From: Eledone cirrhosa
Lineage: Eukaryota
DNA: 64,000 nucleotides
Reading direction: 5' to 3'
Assembly (NCBI GenBank): GCA_964016885.1
Contig: OZ024747.1
Location: forward strand, 43,090,001 to 43,154,000
The translations under genes and the position numbers were made by a program. Below the pieces are notes generated by a model, which had not been told where the DNA came from, did no database searches, and saw nothing but the letters and a program-made list of their open reading frames with translations. Of this stretch, positions 38,941 through 50,825 are shown piece after piece. Position 1 is the stretch's first letter, and every line of letters starts with the position of its first letter.

Positions 38941-40560
38941 CAAAGGGCAAAGGAGCTCTTAAGAGTCAATGGCCATCCAAAATCACTGGGAGAGATGACC
39001 CCTTAGCCTTTGTCAAGGCAGAATTCTAGGAGAAGGAAAACTCTGATATAACATCTGCAACCCTGATGGTATCCAATGATGTTGACTTGTTCTTCTTTTT
39101 GGTAAATATCATCTTGGTTAAGAGAGTGGGACTGGCTTTGTGCAGTGCCTTTGCTCACTATAAAAGCTTCACGGCACAGGCATTGCTTTGTATCTGGAGA
39201 TCTCTCTGCACTTGTCGTCACATGGTACCAAAGGCAAAGCACTATGTGTCAATAATTGTCACAAGTGTAGTGTTTGTACCAGAGTTTTCAAGTCGCTGGC
39301 TGGACTAAAAAGTCACACTCGTTCAGCGCATCGGTAGGGGTTCTCCTACATGGATATAAAGTAGTGGCCGTACTCGAAAACGAGTTGGCAGCCATCATGT
39401 ATGTATGTATGTATATATAACCTGTCCCATGGTCGGGTCGTTGGCGACTAAACTGACAACCCCACCAAGGTTTCTTGGTGAGGAGGGTGACTTTGGACAT
39501 CCTGCAGGAATAAAAACAAAACCTGTCAAAGGGCAAAGGAGCTCTTAAGAGTCAATGGCCATCCAAAATCACCGGGAGAGATGACCCCTTTGCCTTTGTC
39601 AAGGCAGAATTCTAGGAGAAGGAAAACTCTGATATAACACCTGCAACTCTGATGGTATCCAATGATGTTGACTTGTTCTTCTTTTTGGTAAATATCATCT
39701 TGGTTAAGAGAGTGGGACTGGCTTTGTGCAGTGCCTTTGCTCACTATAAAAGCTTCACGGCACAGGCATTGCTTTGTATCTGGAGATCTCTCTGCACTTG
39801 TCGTCACATGGTACCAAAGGCAAAGCACTATGTGTCAATAATTGTCACAAGTGTAGTGTTTGTACCAGAGTTTTCAAGTCGCTGGCTGGACTAAAAAGTC
39901 ACACTCGTTCAGCGCATCGGTAGGGGTTCTCCTACATGGATATAAAGTAGTGGCCGTACTCGAAAACGAGTTGGCAGCCATCATGTATGTATGTATGTAT
40001 ATATAACCTGTCCCATGGTCGGGTCGTTGGCGACTAAACTGACAACCCCACCAAGGTTTCTTGGTGAGGAGGGTGACTTTGGACATCCTGCAGGAATAAA
40101 AACAAAACCTGTCAAAGGGCAAAGGAGCTCTTAAGAGTCAATGGCCATCCAAAATCACCGGGAGAGATGACCCCTTTGCCTTTGTCAAGGCAGAATTCTA
40201 GGAGAAGGAAAACTCTGATATAACACCTGCAACTCTGATGGTATCCAATGATGTTGACTTGTTCTTCTTTTTGGTAAATATCATCTTGGTTAAGAGAGTG
40301 GGACTGGCTTTGTGCAGTGCCTTTGCTCACTATAAAAGCTTCACGGCACAGGCATTGCTTTATATATGGAGATCTCTCTACACTTGTCATCACATGGTTC
40401 CATGGGCCCAGCACTGTGTCAATAATTGTCACAAGTGTAGTGTTTGTGCCAGAGTTTTCAAGTCGCTGGCTGGACTAAAAAGTCACTCTTTCAGCGCATC
40501 GGATATAAAGTAGTGGCCGTACTCGAAAACGAGTTGGCAGCCACCATGTATGTATTTATA
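38940..40560 (+). repeat. 586-bp tandem array (~2.75 copies) of a putative non-autonomous RTE-derived element
   Basis: CAAAGGGCAAAGGAG at 38941, 39527, 40113; RTE 5'UTR-like CTAGGAGAAGGAAAACTCTG; C2H2 remnant CSVC.RVFKSLAGLKSH; (TATG)n tails. Confidence 0.8.
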
Positions 40561-40885
40561 TATGAATATTGGTTGTTCCTTATATCTCATTCTGTTATTT
40601 TGCCCGAGAAAATATCTGTGTGTGTCATCAAATGTTGTTCACACATAGATATTTTTTCAATTTCCAATTGAGTTCTAGCACGTGGCCTGAATTCCTTTTA
40701 GAATTCATTGTCATGCGCACATATTGTTTTTTTCTGGCGGTAATTTACTTCCTCATTTTTGAATCAGTTTGAGCATTTCTTTAGAACTACTGGACTGGCA
40801 ACCTGACAGATACCTCAGGCACTGATGAGGATTATCGCTAAATGCTGATGTTGGTTAGATTATCAATATTAGTATTATTGGGGCA

Positions 40886-41014
40886 CCCACTGATGAATTA
40901 TAGGAGCCCACTTGAATATATATATCTATTGATGGTATACAAGCTCCTACATAAATTGGTATATTTTAACCCAAATTGTAGGAATCCTATAATGAAACGA
41001 GACGTCCGTCTGGG
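40886..41014 (+). ncRNA. Hammerhead with a large insertion in stem II, within a non-coding element at ~40565-41180
   Basis: CCCA-CTGATGA-ATTATAGGA..(79 nt)..TCCTATAAT-GAAA-CG.AGACGTC.CG-TC-TGGG. Confidence 0.78.
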
Positions 41015-41179
41015 AAGAGATATATTCGATATGTCTCATATGAAATAATACAGCCAATTTTCCACGCAATACTTTTAGTTAGCACCCCGAACGCATAATT
41101 AGGAATATAATCACTTATTTCCTAATGTTTGTTGAGTGAGTTGGAATTTGGCCGGAGTATCACTAAAAAGCTTTCTCCG

Positions 41180-41221
<42 letters not shown>

Positions 41222-41224
<3 letters not shown>

Positions 41225-42676
41225 GTCATGCCTGTCTGAATTCCTAAGAGAATTTTCGGTCAGTTACTATCTTGACGGATTACCCTCACAATTACTACGT
41301 AGCGGTTCTGGTTCTTGCACGTGACTGCTAGACCCGGATGAAACGAAGACGAAGAATTTCCTTGCGTACCGTTTTGTACCACAGACGCGATCTCACTCTG
41401 CCTCGTTAATGTTCAATCAACTCCAAAGTTCTACGTTCTGGGCAATAGAATTGAATCCAACCACCGACAACATAGTTGGATGACCGATAATCACACCAAA
41501 CCGGAGTACTGTGATCCTTGTGATTTCGAGATATACAACCACTGATAGTGTTACGAAGACCAGAAAACCATACTCCATAATATTGAACCAAGTGATTAAT
41601 TTGTGCGACCAAAATAACATCACACACATATTGAACTAGGAATATTGGATCCTCCGTCAATGTCTGGGTGAGCAAAAATAGATTTCTATCTGCATTGGAA
41701 TTTACCGAACTTGTGCATCTGCTGTGGTGTCAAAAACAAACGCACACGACCGCACAGATGAACAATGGACTATGCCACGTGGGTTGAACCTGCAAGTGAA
41801 TTGAAGGATGTGTAACTCTGATATACAGATTATTTATTATTAAGATGTATAAACTTGACATAACTATTATCATCTTATATTCTCTCAACTAATCACATTT
41901 GATTATATTTCTCTATCCCGTTTTCTCCCCCCATATTTATAATATTTTTATTTGAAAAAATCGGTTTATTTACATTGTGTTTTCCCCTTTCTAATACTTG
42001 CTTATATTTCTTTATATATTCTCTATATATTTTTTATATATATTTTTTTATCTTTATTCTTATTTTCACTTTTATCCTCCTTTATATTTTACCTTATTCT
42101 TACTTTTATACTTTATTATAGTGTAATCTTCCCCATGCCTTATTATACATTATTAATTATAGATTATTATTATTACTCTTATTCCATTTCTAATTACCTC
42201 ATGTACTTTCTCCTCCGTTATATATATATATTGTATGCCCTTTGTGTGTGTGTAGCCTCTGCACACCCTCTGCACCCTACTATCGACGCCACCCCATCTA
42301 TGGCTCCACTAACCACTCGACTCCCGGGAATGAATATGACCGCAGCTAGTAAACAAGGACCCACACCCCACCCTCCCGCACCAAAATTAGACTTATCGTC
42401 CCCTGCTTTTGCTCTTTACTCTCTTTACTCTTTGTTCTTGAATGTTTGGTTGGTAGAGTCCATAACACCAATCAAACCCCTTTTATAGCTCTGACGAATC
42501 CTACGGTTACGTAAGGAAGAAACATTGTAAGCCAATAAAAATCTTTTGATGTTGTAGACGCTCTTGTGTTCTTTATCATATATACGGCTCTGCTCCAAAG
42601 CATAGAGCTAATTATTATGCTGCCAATACCTTAATGGGACACGGGTATACAATACCTAACCCCTATTAACCTAAGT
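41222..42676 (+). mobile_element. 1.45-kb (TA)n-flanked element ending in an HHR, with no recognisable ORF
   Basis: CpG-rich 5' part, T-rich spacer, HHR about 140 nt from the 3' end. Confidence 0.55.
42481..42540 (+). ncRNA. Minimal type I hammerhead
   Basis: TTTTAT.AGCT-CTGACGA-ATCCTACG.GTTA.CGTAAGGAA-GAAA-CATTG-TA-AGC..ATAAAA. Confidence 0.75.
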
Positions 42677-42841
42677 ATATATATATATATATATATATTT
42701 ATATTAGAAAGTGAGGTTTTTTTTACAAAATGAAAAATAACCGAGGTGTCCTACACGAGTGGAAGTATAAAGAAAAAGGGATGAAATCGAAAATGCAACT
42801 GAAGTCTTATTTTTTTAAAAAATATATATATTTATTTGGTT

Positions 42842-42879
42842 CCTTTACCGGTTTCGCAGTTCTTCTGCTTTTCAAAAGG
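42842..42879 (-). ncRNA. Minimal hammerhead, U3-A8 core variant, in PLE 3' fragment 42704-42912
   Basis: CCTT-TTGAAAA-GCAG.AAGAA.CTGC-GAAA-CCGG-TA-AAGG. Confidence 0.8.
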
Positions 42880-42913
42880 TGAGTTGAGATGGAGGGTCTG
42901 TGGTTTTTCTCAC

Positions 42914-43014
<101 letters not shown>

Positions 43015-43038
43015 TATATATATATATTTATATATATA

Positions 43039-43117
<79 letters not shown>

Positions 43118-43127
43118 ATATATATAT

Positions 43128-43883
<756 letters not shown>

Positions 43884-43884
43884 C

Positions 43885-44194
43885 ACATGGCAATCGAAAG
43901 GTTGTGAGTTCAATTCTCAGACCGTGTGTTGTGTTGTTTCCTTGAGTGATACACTTTATTTCACATTGCTCCAGTTTACTCAGCTGTAGAAATGAGATGA
44001 TAGGACTGGGGTCCCTATCATTCCACTGCAAAGTGGTCGTGGAGGTGCCATGGAAAAAAAAGCACCCAGCACTCACTGTAAATGAGGTTGGTGTTAGGAA
44101 GGGCATCCAGCTTTAGAAATCAAACCAGAATCAGTTCCCGTCCCACCCTTGCAAGCAGGGAGAAGCGGATGTAAAATGATGATGATGATGATGA

Positions 44195-44197
<3 letters not shown>
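43885..44197 (+). mobile_element. SINE with RTE-derived tail
   Basis: Homologous to 29510-29895; (GAT)n tail. Confidence 0.8.
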
Positions 44198-44269
<72 letters not shown>

Positions 44270-44686
44270 TGATTTTATAGCCTCCTACATCATCACCCAT
44301 TGTGTTGTGTGTGATCATCAAATTAACAATATATTATATCCCTTGGTACTAAAACTATGTAAATTATTATCATCAATATACATCAATGAATGATTGAAAA
44401 TATGATATGATAACAAAGCAGAGGCTTTCTGAGTATTAGCTAAAAACCAGACATATTCTTCCTTGTATATCAGTGTTGAATATTGTTTGACTGGTTTCTA
44501 TCATTTCACTGTCACTTGATTTCAAGGTACTGGATACCTTGAAATGATTTAGGCCATTGTATCAATCCAAGTAATTTTATATTTCACAATCCTGGTATCT
44601 ATTTTATAGAGCTCTCTCTGTTATGGGACACAGACATAAACACACACACATATATATATATATACATATATACAAAGAGAGTGTGG

Positions 44687-44730
<44 letters not shown>

Positions 44731-44734
<4 letters not shown>

Positions 44735-45087
44735 TGGATGGGTGCTACACGAGAATGCTGAGTATGGCTCTGAACATTAATCAGTATACACTGAGGATGA
44801 AAAACTCAGAGCTGTACGGGAGCCTCCCAAAAGTCAGCTCAAAAGTGACACAGAAGAGATTGAGGTTAGCTGGACATGCTCACCGACATCCAGAGTTGAC
44901 ATTGCACTCAGTGCTCCTGTGGGAGCCCCTACATGGACACACTGGAAGAGGAAGACCAAGGTTAACGTATGTTGATGCCCTAAGGACAGACACTGGTCTG
45001 TTGGAGACGCAGGACATGGCAACGATAATGAGGGACAGAGACCACTGGAGAGAACTTGTTCATGGATCTCGGGAATTTTACCCGCCC

Positions 45088-45090
<3 letters not shown>
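44731..45090 (+). mobile_element. RTE-X-like LINE 3' fragment (open frame) in (TA)n
   Basis: DGCYTRML..RLRLAGH..GRGRPRLTYVD..WRELV. Confidence 0.82.
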
Positions 45091-45127
<37 letters not shown>

Positions 45128-45379
45128 TGAAATGAATACAAGGAGAATATACTGTTAAAACATGTTTATATAAAACATGTTTTAACAGGATATTCTCCTT
45201 TGTATTCATTCCACCCGCCCGGTAGATATTAACGCTTCTAATATTTAACCCTGTAGGCACAAAAATTGAGCACATTTGCACAAGCTATTGGCAACTAACT
45301 ATATGTATCACTTATCTCTTCTTTTTTCTCTCTCTCGATACTTAAATATTCTATATATATAAATATATATATATGTATA

Positions 45380-45810
45380 TATATGTTACTAGATATTAAT
45401 TCTTTATAATTATCTCCAAATTATTTGTCGAGCAATATTGGCCATGACTGCTGCTATGGTAGCAGGCAGGCCGCCGTCTTATTAGCAAACCACTTTCCAC
45501 TGATTGACCTCGATGTCACGTGATTGATTCTTTTTGAATTTGCCACCGACGCAGAGGCAGTGATTTTCTCAATGGCTAGGAATTCAGTCCACGCTCTGCT
45601 ATTTTCTATCCACTGAATTATTTTTTTAATAAGTTTCCAGAGTCCAGGCTTTGCCTGGATACTTAGATGAGAATAGTCTTCCCTGACGACGGAATGATTC
45701 TCTGTATTTTCTTCGGAAAATATATTTATTCCATTCCAGAAACTAATTAGTTGGAAGTGATATTTTAGTAAGTAAGTTAATTTTATAATTTTCTTATTTT
45801 ACGTCTCTCA
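45380..45810 (+). mobile_element. Second, diverged copy of the retrozyme-like element
   Basis: Colinear shared blocks with 25740-26200 (TATCTCCAAAT, TTTGTCGAGC, GTCACGTGATTGATTC, TTGCCTGGA.ACTTA, TTTTCTTATTTTACGTC). Confidence 0.78.
45678..45757 (+). ncRNA. Type I hammerhead with extended stem II capped by cUUCGg
   Basis: CTTCC-CTGACGA-C.GGAATG..TGTATTTTC.TTCG.GAAAATATA..CATTCC.A-GAAA-CTAATTAG-TT-GGAAG. Confidence 0.85.
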
Positions 45811-45828
45811 TATATATATATATGTATA

Positions 45829-45829
45829 T

Positions 45830-45879
<50 letters not shown>

Positions 45880-46851
45880 TTTACGTCCCCTTCTCCCTGC
45901 TTGCAAGGGTGGGACGGGTCTTATTCAGCACAGCATCTCTCCACTCGTCATGGTCCTTCGTCATCTCCACTGTGAGCTTCAACGATCTGAGGTCTGTTCT
46001 CACCACCTCCGCCCATGTTTTTCGTGGTCTACCTCTACCACGTCTTCCTTCAACTGGCATTTCCTGGCACCTCTTCACCCATCGGTCATCCTCCATGCGC
46101 ATCACATGTCCATATCACCTCAGTCTCCTCTCCCGTACACTACATTCTATCCCTCTCAGACACATTCTATCTCTCTCAAAACATTCATGCTGGGTCGTTC
46201 ACGCATATTTACACTGCACATCCAACGGGCATGCTTGTCTCATTTCTCTCCAGCTGTTGCATATCCTCTGCAGTTGCTGCCCATGTCTCACTACCATGCA
46301 GCATCGCGCTCCTCACACAGGCATCATACAACCAGCCTTTCATACGCAGGGAGAAACCCTTCTTCATCAGCAGAGGAAGCAGCTCCCTAAACTTCTTCCA
46401 ACCGTCCTTATTCTAGATATTGTGGCCTCGGAACACCCTCCTCCCATGCTAATCTGATCTCCTAGGTACTGGAAGTTATCCACCACTTCTATAGCGCCCT
46501 CCTGCATTTGAAAAATGTGTCTATCAATGCGACTTCTACTGTCTAATTTCTCTGTACATCTACTGCATACATATTTCTCCCTACCTGTTAGTTTGCCTGC
46601 TATCCCGCTACATCCTCAGGATCTGCATTGTGTGCATTTTATAGAATTTATGCCAGTTCTTTTTCTGCATATCGAACATGGCCATTTCCCTGATGGAACC
46701 AGAGTTTTGTCCTCTTTTCTACTCATCAACACTTTTGTCTTAGCTAGGTTCACTCTCAGTCCTTTTGCTTCCAACTGCTGTTTCCATAGCCATAATTTAT
46801 TCTCTAGCTCCTCTACTGATTCTGCTATAAGATCCAGATCGTCAGCATAGA
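45829..46851 (-). mobile_element. RTE LINE family B, truncated at the YADD motif
   Basis: LYADDLDLIAES..GLRVNLAKTKV; GRPRKTW; (CAT)n tail. Confidence 0.9.
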
Positions 46852-46889
<38 letters not shown>

Positions 46890-46894
<5 letters not shown>

Positions 46895-47689
46895 TACGAA
46901 CAGCAATGTTGCATGGCAGTGAGACCTGGGCATTGTGTGCAGAGGATATACGCAGACTAGAGAGGAACAAAGCTTGCATGCTCCGCTGGATGTGTAATAG
47001 TAATATACGTGAACGGCAAAGCATAAACGAACTAAGGAAAAAATTAGAAATAAGAGGGATCAGATGTTGTTTACTCGAGAGAAGGCTACGTTGGTATGGA
47101 CACGTGATGCGCATGAAAGACGACAGCTGTATAACAAAGTGCAGGGCAATAAAGATAGACGGTAGCTACGGAGTAGGCAGACCCAGAAAAACCTGGGACG
47201 AGCTGATAAATTCCGACCTCACACACACCTCTCCAAGACAATGTCACTGGACCGAGACCTTTGGCGGTACTCAGTAATAGAGAAGACCCGCCTTACCTAA
47301 ATACAAAGTAAAACCTACTACAGTCAGTAGGCATCTCTAACAAAATACACCCCCGTCCCACCACCCCCACCCCATCCACACCGCCCCTTTCAATGTAAAG
47401 TTATGTTGGTGCCACAATATCCAGACCGAAACAAATGAGATCGTGTAGGTGTCACGACAAAAAAAACACACAGTCCACGCTGTAATGTGGCCGTGTAGGC
47501 AACACGGTAAAAGCCTCCCAGCCCCACACTGTAAATGTGGTTGGTGTTAGGAAGGGCATCCAGCTATAGAAAACCCGCCAGACAGTCCTATGCGAGCAAG
47601 ACAATCACTCTTGCCTCAAGTGGGAAAACTCCCGTCCAAACCCAGGCAAGCGTGGAACACGGACGTTAAACAATGATGATGATGATGAT
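46890..47689 (+). mobile_element. RTE LINE family A, 3' fragment
   Basis: Homologous to 6135-6895. Confidence 0.92.
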
Positions 47690-47704
47690 ATATACATATA
47701 TATA

Positions 47705-47740
<36 letters not shown>

Positions 47741-47819
47741 GAATATTTAAGTATCGAGAGAGAGAAAAAAGAAGAAAATTACAGTTGAAAATTGCAAACT
47801 TGACTGTCACCACAGAATA

Positions 47820-47858
47820 TGAACCTGAAGATTGCAAAAGCATGAAAGTACTTGTTCA
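47820..47858 (+). ncRNA. Minimal type I hammerhead in element ~47740-48005
   Basis: TGAAC-CTGAAGA-TTGC.AAAA.GCAT-GAAA-GTAC-TT-GTTCA. Confidence 0.78.
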
Positions 47859-48057
47859 ATTAACACTTAACATTTAATATTCTACCATACTATTTAATTA
47901 TAATATCATTATAATTTTAAAGGATTGTAAATAAAACGAGTAAATCAGACAAAGTTGGAATTCCTTTTATTAATATAATCTTCTATACACAATCATACAC
48001 ACCCGTGTATATTTATCTATCTATATCTATATCTATATATATATATATATATATATC

Positions 48058-48099
<42 letters not shown>

Positions 48100-48106
<7 letters not shown>

Positions 48107-48609
48107 ATACTTTGGGAGGGTCATGTTGCCAATAAGAAACACACGCACCAGTTGCTTTCACTTCAATTTAATTTAATATATATTTATAAATTTACAAATT
48201 TATAAATTTCTGGTTGGTTGGTTGGTTCCACAACCAGATAGTTGTTTATATATATATAGTCATAGTTCTTTCGTCACACACTCTGTGACCTCTTCAAAAA
48301 TGGCGTAGGATAGAAGAAAGGAAAGGCACAGAAACGAAGAAAGAAATCCCCAGTCACTGAAGAGGTCACAGAGTGTGTGACGAAAGAACTATGACTATAT
48401 ATATATAAACAACTATCTGGTTGTGGAACCAACCAACCAACCAGAAATTTATAAATTTGTAAATTTATAAATATATATTAAATTAAATTGAAGTGAAAGC
48501 AACTGGTGCGTGTGTTTCTTATTGGCAACATGACCCTCCCAAAGTATAACAATATCGGTTTCAACACACGATTTCAGATAAAGAATCTTGCTAAACAAAT
48601 TCAGAAACG

Positions 48610-48612
<3 letters not shown>
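48100..48612 (+). mobile_element. Fold-back HHR element, copy 1; HHR at 48352-48396(+)
   Basis: ~195-bp inverted arms; AGTCA-CTGAAGA-GGTCACA.GAGTG.TGTGAC-GAAA-GAAC-TA-TGACT. Confidence 0.8.
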
Positions 48613-48659
<47 letters not shown>

Positions 48660-48833
48660 ATATATATACACATACTTATATAGAGTTCAAGGAAACAAAG
48701 AAACAGAGATACAAAAAGTCTTATTAGTTTTAGGCTTTATATGGAAAAGGAGAAACACAGTTTGAGATGTCAGGCTTTAGGCCTTCTTCAGGAGTACAAA
48801 GACTAGACACAGAATATATAAACACATATATAT

Positions 48834-49054
48834 CAGTGGCGAAGGGTAACCTGGAAAGCAGGGCATGCAGTTCAATCGCCATGGCGGGAAGTGGGGCTGT
48901 GCAACCCCCCCCCAATTGCCTCTAAATGATTGCATGTAGTGTTATCTAGTGTGCGTGTGTGTGTTATCTTTTTATGTGTCTACGATTTAGCAAGCAGCCA
49001 AAATTTTGCTTGCTTCAACCGACGCAATTGATCAACTCAACGCACCCTTCGCCC

Positions 49055-49057
<3 letters not shown>
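48834..49057. mobile_element. hAT-like MITE
   Basis: TIRs CAGTGGCGAAGGGT / ACCCTTCGCCCCTG; ATATATAT on both sides. Confidence 0.65.
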
Positions 49058-49142
<85 letters not shown>

Positions 49143-49156
49143 TGTGTATATATATA

Positions 49157-49216
<60 letters not shown>

Positions 49217-49221
<5 letters not shown>

Positions 49222-49812
49222 TTTCTGAATTTGTTTAGCAAGATTCTTTATCTGAAATCGTGTGTTGAAACCGATATTGTTATACTTTGGGAGGGTCATG
49301 TTGCCAATAAGAAACACACGCACCAGTTGCTTTCACTTCAATTTATTATAATAAATTTATAATAAATTTATAAATTTATAAATTTCTGGTTGGTTGGTTG
49401 GTTCCACAACCAGATAGTTGTTTATATATTGTCATAGTTCTTTCGTCACACACTCTGTGACCTCTTCAGTGACTGGGGATTCCTTTCTTTGTTTCTGTGC
49501 CTCTCCTTTGTTCTGTCCTGCGCCATTTTGTTTCTGAGCACACAACACACACACAGAAACAAAATGCCGTAGGACAGAACAAAGGAGAGGCACAGAAACA
49601 AAGAAAGGAATCCCCAGTCACTGAAGAGGTCACAGAGTGTGTGACGAAAGAACTATGACAATATATAAACAACTATCTGGTTGTGGAACCAACCAATCAA
49701 CCAGAAATTTATAAATTTATAAATTTATTATAAATTTATTATAATAAATTGAAGTGAAAGCAACTGGTGCGTGTGTTTCTTATTGGCAACATGACCCTCC
49801 CAAAGTGTAACA

Positions 49813-49815
<3 letters not shown>
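49217..49815 (-). mobile_element. Fold-back HHR element, copy 2; HHRs at 49431-49474(-) and 49617-49659(+)
   Basis: ~260-bp inverted arms; same family as 48100-48612; decayed relative at ~57190-57485. Confidence 0.8.
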
Positions 49816-49845
<30 letters not shown>

Positions 49846-50825
49846 TATATATATTTATATATATATATTTATAGAAATTTATATATATATATTTATATAT
49901 ATATGTGTGTGTGTGTAATTGACACTGAGTCAATGTGTATATAAATACATATTTTTAGTATATAAACAGCTTTCGTTGATTTTTGAACCTAGTTTGATTT
50001 TCATCAGAAGGTATTCGTACAAGGAAACACTTATTTGATGGTCTTATATACTCAGTCACTCATAGTAGCATTCAATGGATGTGTTAATTTGCATATAATT
50101 AGCGTTCATGTTTCTAGTTAAGATATGTCAGAGAAGGTGGGTATATTTTCTACCAAAACACACATCTATGTGTATATACTCTACAATATATGTACATGTT
50201 ATGTTAATCCCATATCTTGGTTGATATTTGATAATAACAGCTAAACTAATCACTACAACTAAATTGACCAAATCTGCCCCTCCCAATTCAGAAATGCTTC
50301 CACCGCCCCTGAAATATATCTTAAGAAGTGCACCAAGCAGCCAAAGTGTATGATAAAGAGTGGGTAACTGAGTCTGTGCCAATGTGTACCCACTGTGAAT
50401 ATATATTGGTATAACTTTATTGTGCACTTGGCTTTATATATGTGTGTGTGTGTGTGCATAGAGAGAAACAACAAAGTACAATGAAGAAATATATTAGCTT
50501 GATATAATAGGAGAAGAGTTTTTCATGTTGGATATTAGTCCTCCATCAGAAGATAGAATGAGAAGTAAAGATGAAATAGAAAGATAGAGTGAGAAGAGGA
50601 AAGAAAAGAAAAAAATATTGTTGATAAAAATCATGTGTGTATTCAGTCAGACATTTTGGAGGGAAAAAACTATCTATATCTATCTATTTACTATCTATCT
50701 ATCTATCTATCTGTCTATTGGCAGTATCTGTAGAGGGTCGGACGCCATGCTTTGCAGCAAAGAGTTACGTCCCTTTATGATCTGAGTTCAAATCCCGCCA
50801 AGGTTAACTTTGCCTTTCATCCTTA

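Noticed and set aside
48765-48800. Minus-strand CTGAAGA-AGGC/GCCT-GACA hammerhead-like motif
   Set aside because: GAAA is mutated and there is no 3' stem I partner; at best a dead remnant
49960-50012. Minus-strand CTGATGA...GAAA
   Set aside because: Stems I and II do not pair convincingly
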